Assembly (NCBI GenBank): GCA_951406725.2
Contig: OX597823.1
Location: forward strand, 48,360,001-48,424,000
Direction: 5' to 3'
DNA: 64,000 bases
Source of the DNA: Octopus vulgaris
Taxonomy: Eukaryota
Below, one piece after another: positions 54,391 through 64,000 of this stretch (positions are counted from its first letter, which is position 1; every line of letters begins with the position of its first letter). The notes under the pieces are model-generated. The model had not been told where the DNA came from and made no database searches. It worked only from the letters and a program-made list of their open reading frames with translations. Made by a program: the position numbers and the translations under genes.

Positions 54391-55329
54391 GTGTGTGTGT
54401 GTGTGTGAGTGTGTGCATGTAATTAACAATTATTTCTGTAACAGAGTTATAAAAGTAGATAAAAATTCCCTTTTATAATGATTGTACATCAGGAAAACAG
54501 CAGCAACCCACACAAACATTGAACAACTTTTCAAGACCCTAAGAGAGAGAGAGGAGGTTCGGGTGGGGAGGTAGGGGAGTTATCATCAGCCTGGAGACTT
54601 ATTCTGAATACTTGCAATAGAATTTACTATTCTATAGGTGTCTTTGGCCAGGTGGTGATGGTGTTAAACAGGCCTGTGGATTAACTTTTAAATATGTCAG
54701 TAAAGTATTATGTATGATTTTCAAATAAATGTATGTTAAGTGAAATCTGCTGAAGTTCCTTTCATATTAGCAAGAACAAATGCTATAAATATTGTATATT
54801 ACATTTCTATAGTTTCCCTGATATAATATTGAAGGAAGCTATCACTTCGCTAATAAACTTTGTCTCTATACTTTAAATTAACAGTTCTCCTTTTATTTAT
54901 CCCCTGGGAACTCATACAAATTAACATGGTAAATCAAGTTCAAATGCTGCAGAAATCTAGCAGTTCAATTACACAATCAGGACCATTTCAAAACAATTCT
55001 TAAAACTGGCAGTAAGACTTGAGAAGAATAGCAGGTAATTTATAATGAACTCAACAAACCATAAACCTTGATATATTGGCGAAGAAGATTTACATAGGAC
55101 AGCTTTTGCTTCACTTCATTATTAGTTTTGTTATGGTTAAGTCACTAGTTAGGGATACATAAATAGAAAGTCATAAATGCTAAAACTATTTTAATAACTC
55201 ACTAAGTATCTTGCCAAGATTTGAAATAACCGGCATTTCATGATTTACAGGATAGAATTAAAGCAGAAGCACATGTTTTTACATACATAATTATTCCAAT
55301 ACTGAATCATCAAAATTTAAATACAGGTA

Positions 55330-55688
55330 TGTGTTGGTGCCACATAAAAAGCATCCCTGCTGGCACCATATAAAAGGTACCCATGCTGGAGCTACATGAA
55401 AAACACCAGTGCTGGCACCACATAAAAGGTGCCCATGCTGGTGCCACATAAAAAGTACCTGTGTTGGTGTCACATAAATAACACCAGTGCTGGTGCCATG
55501 CAAAAAGCACTGTGGACACTGTAAAGTGGTTGTCATTAGGAAGGGTATTTGACCATAACAACAATGCCAGAACAGACAACTGGAGTCTGGTGCAGCTCTC
55601 TGGCTTGCCAACACCTTGCCAAACTGTCCAACCCATGCCAGCATGGAAAACGGATGTTAAATAATGATGATGATGATGATGATGATGA
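55330..55688 (+). mobile_element. SINE family 3 with about seven tandem 23-25 bp units
   Basis: (tgctggcaccacataaaaagcacc)n followed by the conserved tail and (GAT)n. Confidence 0.9.
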
Positions 55689-57091
55689 GGTATCTTAAAA
55701 TATTGTAATGTTCTTCAAATGATAAATAATGAACAGCAGATAACTTAATTAATATATTATAATTAAATGGCACAAAAATAAGTTGTACAAATGTCTGATG
55801 AAAGTTAATGTTTGTATTGTATTATGAATCGGTTTAAAACCAAGTAAATATATCTGACTGATGTAACTTTAGAATGAATACATTCATCGAATATCAGTAG
55901 TAGTCTCTGAGGACAATGATATCTGTACTTCAGTATACAAAAGTACAGCATACCATATAGCTGAAAGGTTCTCTATAAAACAATAGCATTTTGTCTTATT
56001 TTATGAATTTATTAAATTTCAAATATAAACTTCAGTAAACAATTGTAGCTTATTCAATGAACATTCTATTCAGCTTCCCCACACACCTCACCCTCCAGTT
56101 TCAAGATCAAATAAAAGATTACAAAAATAAATGATTAGATGGGTGTCACACTACATCTTTATCAACATCACCATTACATATCTGTCATAACAAACTGATT
56201 CTCTTTTAGCTTGAACTCTTCCACCTTTGCACCCCCTTTACTTCACATACATACAAAACATCTTATATGTATGCATCATGTAGCCTTCTATTTATATGGA
56301 TAACAACTCTTTGTACATATAAAAAGAAGAATTCAAGAATTATAGATAAATAACTATCATTCGTACAAGACTTATCAGCAAAGATCTCTGTGAAGATAGA
56401 TCTAAATTATATTTATAACAATGTACGATTGCAATTAAATGATAGAGAATTAGTTTTAAAGGAGTTCACACTAGAATGGTAGTATTTAACCAGATTGTTA
56501 TAGTGTTTGGATAAGATAACCATTTCTATTGATATGTCTGTGCTCTGTATCTTAATTTTAATATAAATATATTTAGGCATTTGGCAATCATTGAGGGCCT
56601 CAGGTAAAATCAAAGGTAAACAAGTCTGGAATTTACTCAGTAAAAGAAGCTGTGTTTTTTTATCAATGAATATTTTGATACCTTGAGGCTAATTTGTTAA
56701 AAACGACAGCTTTGATGAAAGACAGATTGGAATTCTCTTTGACAGTCTCTAAATATTTGTTTTGCATCTTACTGGAATTGTAATATATTTTTAGTTGTCC
56801 TTTTTTAACCAAAAATAACTAATGGAACAAATCAGAATAGTGCATAGCTGCAACATGTCTGACATGCAATCTGGCTTTCTAACATGCAGCATATTCCAAT
56901 AAACAGTAGTATTTGGTTATGCAGGGTGCAGTGTGACAGTCAGGGAATATTGTATCTAGTTTGTTGTTTAGTCTAGTTGGATGTGTCTAGAGATTCTGAT
57001 GCTAACTGAATCTAAACATTAACTATGATTCTTTCTGAATATTTTGAAAGATATTTGTATTCTGTAAACAATTACTGTTGCATTTATTTTG

Positions 57092-57136
<45 letters not shown>

Positions 57137-57232
57137 AATATATATATATATATATGAATATATATAAATATATATATATATGAATATATATAAATATATA
57201 TATATGAATATATATAAATATATATATATATA

Positions 57233-57277
<45 letters not shown>

Positions 57278-57280
57278 TAT

Positions 57281-57940
<660 letters not shown>

Positions 57941-58129
57941 TTTGCTGTAGATATACTGAGATAACAAAGGATGACTTTCATATGCAGCTGAGTATGTTAT
58001 AGAAACAACCAGAGTCACTAGATTATGAAGTCCCAAGCAAAATGAGAATCGAGAGTTTTACAGGGTTAAAAGTGAATCTACCTAAATAAACAGAAATGAA
58101 AAAGATGAATATGGTAACTTGAAATTTTT

Positions 58130-58875
58130 TTCAACAGAAGATTCACCATGAAGCAAATATATATAAGCAGCTATAAAACAGTACACAGAAAGTTTCAATG
58201 CCTTACATCATTGTTTAGCTTCAGTCTTTGATTAAACAAAAGTCATGGTGTTTGGATAAAAGAAGGTAAATGTTAAGATCAGCTTGGGCAATGAGGGGCT
58301 CTAACAGGTTGAATTGTACAAATATCTTGGAACCTAAATCTCTGATGAAGCCACACGTAAGAAAGAAATTAGGACATAGCTAACCATGGCAAGACTGTCC
58401 ATGGAAAAGCTTAATAATATCTAAAGCAGCAAAAGTATCCCATTTAAGTTGAAAGCAAAGGCTAATGTAAGCGGTCATTTGGTCAATAGGCATTTATGGT
58501 TGCAGAACATGGACTTTGAACAAATCTGAAGAGAGTATAATAATTAAGGCATTTGGAATGTGGGTGTATAGAAGAATGTTACAAGGACCATCAGACAAAT
58601 GAGTGTTGCAACAAGTATGCAAAAGACAGCAACTCCTGAACATAACTCATCTACTTCGGTCATATTTGAAGAAGCAGAAGTCTGGAAAACATTATCGTGG
58701 AAGGAAGAGTAGAGGGCAGCTGATCAAGAGGCAGACAAAAAAGAAAACGAAGGGGATAGGTAATAACATGAGCTTGTTGGACAGAAGTGGCAGGGCAGCT
58801 GGAGAACTCACTCTTAATTGGGAAGACTTCCATTGTAGTGCCACCAATCTGCATACAATATATGACGACAACAAT
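58130..58875 (+). mobile_element. RTE-clade LINE, 3' fragment, decayed
   Basis: TKVMVFG..ISLGNEGL*QVELYKYLGT*ISDEATRKKEIRT*LTMAR..VIWSIGIYGCRTWTLNKSEE..IKAFGMWVYRRML. Confidence 0.9.
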
Positions 58876-60687
58876 TTTAATTTAAATGGAAAATGCTTAA
58901 AAATCTATATGATTTTCACTAAACTTAGGGGTAGAGGTTACACATTCAGTCTTATCATCTGACTATAAGGATCTACTAATATGCTAAATGTATTCATATG
59001 TTCAACTATGACACATCTGTATTCCAATATTGCCACAGCAACATTTATTTACTGAACAATGACAATTGAATTCAGTAAATATACACTACAGTCCTGCTCC
59101 AAGGTTACCATTTACTTTGACGCATATGTTTTTTATTGCAATATTCATCTTTTATTAATTCAGAAACCATATTATGCAACAATATTGCTAACTGACTAAA
59201 AATATCATTACTTAAATGGCAAAGTTGAAGTAAGCGACAGCCGTAAATATATTTTGTGGAATAAAGCAGTAAATACCAAGTTAGAGAAGGAAATACAGCA
59301 GTAAACATAGAGTGCAAGCAGTGGACATACATTGTAAGGTGTGAGATACAACCGAAAACATGCAGGATAAGGTGCAGCAATAAAAATGCAGCAAATGTGC
59401 TTACTGCTCAGTGTTTACAACTGTATATTTGAAAATACTTTTTAATATTAATATACAACTGTGTAGTTTGAAGATACTATTTAATATTTCAGGACTATGT
59501 TGAATATATCAGTATTGTTATTTCCCATGAGGATAAAAGTCTTGACATTATGTAGTAACTAAATACAAGAGCATCAATCAACATAGCAATTAATTGATCA
59601 ATCATGCAACACATTATGAAAAGATTAACAAAACAGAAAAGAAAAGAAAATATCAGAAAATAATTCGCTCTGGAAGAGATTGAAAGTAATTTAAACTATC
59701 ATTATTCAAAATCGAACTATTGTAACTTCTTTCTGTTCTTCAAATCATCTGAAAACCACAAAAGCCCATCTGTTACATCAGTTAGTTACAACAACTAAGA
59801 ATGGAGTGTGTACGATGCATATATATATATATATATATATTTCAAAAACCATATTTTGATGGATAAAAACATGAACAATGGTCTAAAAATATAGAATGCT
59901 TTGACAATAGCGAATCAACAGTAAACTTGAAAAAAATAAAATATTCTTCCTTAATATTTATTGTCTCTTTCTTTGCACAGCTGGACAGCACTTCAATAAC
60001 ATTCTTATATAAGGCAACACAATAGTATTGCACTTTAAAGGTTATAATCAAAAGTGTCATCAAAACTTTTGAGTTTTCAAAAACTGAAGTTAAAATTTGT
60101 TCAAGCAATAAATTTGTGAAAAAAAAAAATTTACTCTGCAATTTTTTTGTTTTTAATATAAAATTGATATAACAATTAAGCATAAGGGATCTAAATCAAG
60201 TTCGTTTATAATAATCCAAATGGATTACTTTGATTTTGTGTCTGCTTGCTGTTTACATAAAACAGAATAAAAAAAAAAAACAACTTTGAAAAGTTCACTT
60301 GTAAAAATTACCTTAAAATACATAAACTTTTCAAGATTGATTTTATATAATTTCTTTAAGATATGATAAGTGGCCAGCAAAATAACATTCTGAGTTGAAG
60401 CTATCCTTTAACAATACTAACTTACTGACTCACAGTTGGATGTGAATCAGAAAAAGGCTGAGAAGTGAAACAGGTTTTATCTTATCACCAGTACAATGAC
60501 CTTTAGATGGAGGTGAAAACATAACTGGAAACAAAATGTACTAAAATTCTTCAAGTTCATTTGAGTTAGTAACTGTGAGTGACAGGATACAAGTCAATAA
60601 AAACCTAAAGAATTGTGGTTTGAATATTTACAAAAGTTTTTGACTGAGCATCTGCAGTAGTTCTGGAAACATTTGATAGTGTAAGTG

Positions 60688-60723
<36 letters not shown>

Positions 60724-60889
60724 CTGTTAGCTGTTAATGTGTGCAGTCTGATGGTGTTGCTCTGATTATATCGCAACTTTTCAAAGCAAGTGTTAGTAAG
60801 ATTGCACATGTGAACGTGCATCCACATATGAATATGTGTGTATCTATCTATCTATTAATCTATCTATCTCTTTCACTGTCTATATATCA

Positions 60890-61182
60890 CTATATATATA
60901 TATATATATATACATACATACACATATATACATATATACATATATACATACATATATATACATATATACATACATATATATATATATACATATATATATA
61001 TATGTATATATATACATATATATATATATGTATATATATACATATATATATATATGTATATATATATACATATACATATATATGTATATATATATATACA
61101 TATACATATATATGTATATATATATATACATATATATATGTATATATATATACATATATATATGTATATATATATACATATA

Positions 61183-61228
<46 letters not shown>

Positions 61229-61246
61229 TATATGTATATATATATA
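60890..61246. repeat. (TA)n tract with periodic TG/CA interruptions (about 20-26 bp higher-order units)
   Basis: Directly visible. Confidence 0.95.
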
Positions 61247-61564
61247 CACATTTATAATAAGGAGAATGAAGAATTTGAACATTCAAACTTTATATTTATT
61301 TACAGTTGGTTTATTCATAATAATTGTCCGACACATGTTTTGATCACACTAATTGAATATTGTTGCATATTTACATGCAGCAATTTATGCATTATTAATA
61401 CAATCTCTTCAAGGTATATAAATATGACATTGTTCGAAGAGGCATTTTACATAGAGAAATTTGGTATCTGTCTGGATATTGTATCCCTCCTCTCAATATA
61501 CATACATACATACATATATATGAATAAATGAAAGAATGGAGTCGAACGAAGATGTTAACAAAAT

Positions 61565-61659
61565 CCCTTTACTCTCGACACATGTTTCGAAGACAGCATT
61601 TTCTCATTCCAAAGGAATAAAAGGTGCATTATGCAATCTTCTCATCAGGAAAGAAAGGG
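61565..61659 (-). ncRNA. Apparently intact type I hammerhead ribozyme
   Basis: Minus strand CCCTTT-CTTTC-CTGATGA-GAAGATTGCAT...ATGCTGTCTTC-GAAAC-ATGT-GTC^GAGAG-T-AAAGGG. Full core, 11-bp stem II with one mismatch, extended stem I, GUC site. Confidence 0.88.
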
Positions 61660-62044
61660 AGCCTCTCTCGACAACAAGAGAAACAAAAATTTCGATGATT
61701 GCCTACATGGTAAATAAAGCGATAATTCATTCACCTACTTAAATACATACATATATATATATATGTATATAAAAGAGTATGGAGACTTGTACATCCACAA
61801 AGTCTATTTTAAAGTTATATACAGCATATTATAATGACACAGCATATTATACAGCATATTATAATGACACATGTTTCTGCCACAGCAGCTACTCACTGTT
61901 GTGAATGCAACCTTGCAATATTGTAATATTGTTGGTGCAGCTTCACCAGGGTCTGTCCATTTGGTCATCCTCAAAGGCTGAACAATAGAATGGACTCATT
62001 CATCCCTCATCACTTGTGTCAGTAGATTCCCATCAGATAGTCAA

Positions 62045-62154
62045 AGAGTTCAGTCCCACTGTGTGGCACTTTGGGCTAGTGTCTTCTACTATAGCCTCAG
62101 GCCAACCAAAGCCTTGTGAGTGGATTTGGTAAACAGAAACTGAAAGAAGCTTGT

Positions 62155-62197
<43 letters not shown>

Positions 62198-62435
62198 ATG
62201 TGTGTGTTTGTGGTGTCACTTTGTCTTTGTGTTGGTCCTTTCTATCACTACTTGACAACCAGTGTGTGTGTGTTTGCATCCCTGTGACTTAGTGGTTTGA
62301 TAAAAGAGACTGACAAAATAAGTACATTTTCAAAAAAATAAATAAATAAATAAGTACATTCGACTAAAAATTCTTCAAAGCAGAGCTCCAGCATGGTCAC
62401 AGTCTAATGACTGAAACAAGTATAAGATAAAAGAA
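62045..62435 (+). mobile_element. SINE family 1 (5'-truncated)
   Basis: gttcagtcccactgtgtggcactttggg...atgactgaaacaagtataagataaaaga. Confidence 0.88.
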
Positions 62436-62614
62436 TACCTAAAGATTTTTACAAAAATGTTATTTTCTATAATTTTAAAATTTCTAAAATGTTTCAATAA
62501 GTAAATTAGGAGTGAAGTATTAATTTCACTTCAATACCCATACAAAACCAAATGAAACTTCAGCTACAGTTTTGTTTGAAATAAAATTTCTTTTTATAGC
62601 ATTATTTTAACATG

Positions 62615-62780
62615 GAAGGCAGCAAGATGGACATCCTGAGTTCAAATTCTACCGAGGTCAACTTTGCCTTTCATCCTTTCAGAGTCGATAAATTAAGTAC
62701 CAGTGAAACACTGGGGTTGATATAATTGACTATCCCTCTCCCCTAAATTGCAGGCCTTGTGCCTACAGTAGACAGGATTT
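62615..62780 (+). mobile_element. SINE family 2, internally deleted
   Basis: ctgagttcaaattctaccgaggtcaactttgcctttcatcctttcagagtcgataaattaagtaccag. Confidence 0.88.
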
Positions 62781-62894
62781 TTCTAAAAATGAGACAAAAC
62801 CATCAGAATAATTAATTTATGATCAAGTAGATAATCCATTTTCTATGTTACTTTTACTATTAAGTTATATGTTTTATCTTTTCCTTCCTTTCTC

Positions 62895-63093
62895 ATTTAC
62901 CTTTTACTTGTTTCAGTTATTAGACTGTGGCCATGCTGGGGCACCACCTTGAAAGGTTTAGTCAAACAAATTGAGCCAGTGCTTACATTAATTTAAAGTT
63001 TGGTACTTATCTTATAAGTTTCCTTTTTTGCCAAAGCATTAAGTTACAGAGATGTAAACAAAACTAACATTGGTTGTCAAACACAAACACAAA

Positions 63094-63134
<41 letters not shown>

Positions 63135-63292
63135 ACACGGACACACATATACATACAATAGGCCTTTTTTTCAGTTTCCACTCACATGGCTTTAGCAGAA
63201 GACATTGGGCTAAGGTGCCAAGCAGTGGGACTAAACTCAGAACTATGTGGTTGGGAAGCAAGCTTCTTACCACATAGCCATGCCTGTGCCTA
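62895..63292 (-). mobile_element. SINE family 1
   Basis: Reverse copy, from tail ttttacttgtttcag to head cttaccacatagccatgcctgtgcct. Confidence 0.88.
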
Positions 63293-63550
63293 TATACTCA
63301 TACAGATTATATATTTATGAAAACAAAAGTCAAAATCCCCACAATGGCTAAGATGTTTTTTTTAACTTTTATTTAGAATCTTTTCAATTATATTTTAATA
63401 TGCATTTTCAACCTCTCATAGTTTCTACACTTCATTGCCATATGTTTATAATAGTACATCATCATCATCTTTGCAATTAATAAATAATGATACTAATGAT
63501 AATAATCATAATCATAATAATAATAATAATGATAATAATAATAATAATTA

Positions 63551-64000
63551 TGCCCTGATGCAGTACAAGGCAGTTGCTCTTGTGGCTTCTGATCTTAACT
63601 GATTGGAAGTGTTATCATGTACATTGTTTTCTTGGTATAAAAGATATGGGCTACAGCAAATATTCTGCTCAATAACACAGATTTATTGGTCAGTTGTTTG
63701 ACCTTAACCAGTTGAGCATGCCCCTTAGAAGCTGATGATATTTGCATCTCTAATTACGAGCAGAAGTAGTGGGGGAGCATCATAGCCATGTGTTGAGAGG
63801 GATTCTTTGGGGTTTGAATAATTAACCTCTGGAAACATGGGTGTTTCGTTCAACATCCTTAAACAACCATTATTCATGGACCTTTTGAGCGGGATGGGTT
63901 ACTCGACCAGAAGAAAATTCCAACTAGGCCCCACCTGCAAGGTCATGTGCTGTTTATCTTGATATGAGATCACCATGTTGTGCACATATGTTTGTTATGC
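63551..64000 (+). mobile_element. (TAA)n-associated retroelement family, copy running off the window
   Basis: Starts directly after an (AAT)n tract. 63868-64000 matches 1273-1410. Confidence 0.75.

Noticed and set aside
55330-55520. CRISPR-like spaced repeats
   Set aside because: Units are head-to-tail without unique spacers, sit inside a SINE in animal DNA, and no cas genes are present.
59415-59490. Short tandem duplications (also 31350-31382 and 61820-61871)
   Set aside because: Two-copy local slippage duplications with no further structure.

Overview
AT-rich, repeat-saturated animal DNA. The SINE families and the extreme (TA)n/(CA)n/(CATA)n load suggest a cephalopod such as Octopus (inference). 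No intact protein-coding gene can be shown: most ORF-track entries are microsatellite translations, and there are only weak minus-strand exon candidates. The window is a nested transposon landscape with about 40 SINE copies in four families, mariner/Tc1, pogo-like, hAT and TTAA (piggyBac-like) DNA elements, two RTE LINE ends, a restriction-like-endonuclease LINE end, a Helitron remnant and HINE-like elements. The most notable component is a Penelope-like system. It comprises a nearly full-length decayed element (N-terminus, YRDDGL reverse transcriptase, GIY-YIG; about 19.8-23.5 kb, minus strand) split by two Tc1/mariner insertions, a second GIY-YIG remnant at the window start, and about ten type I hammerhead-ribozyme motifs in small elements, most next to (TA)n tracts. 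The hammerhead at 61565-61659 looks intact and lies between two identical GUC-GAGAG sites 93 nt apart. All translations and folds were done by eye and element boundaries are approximate.
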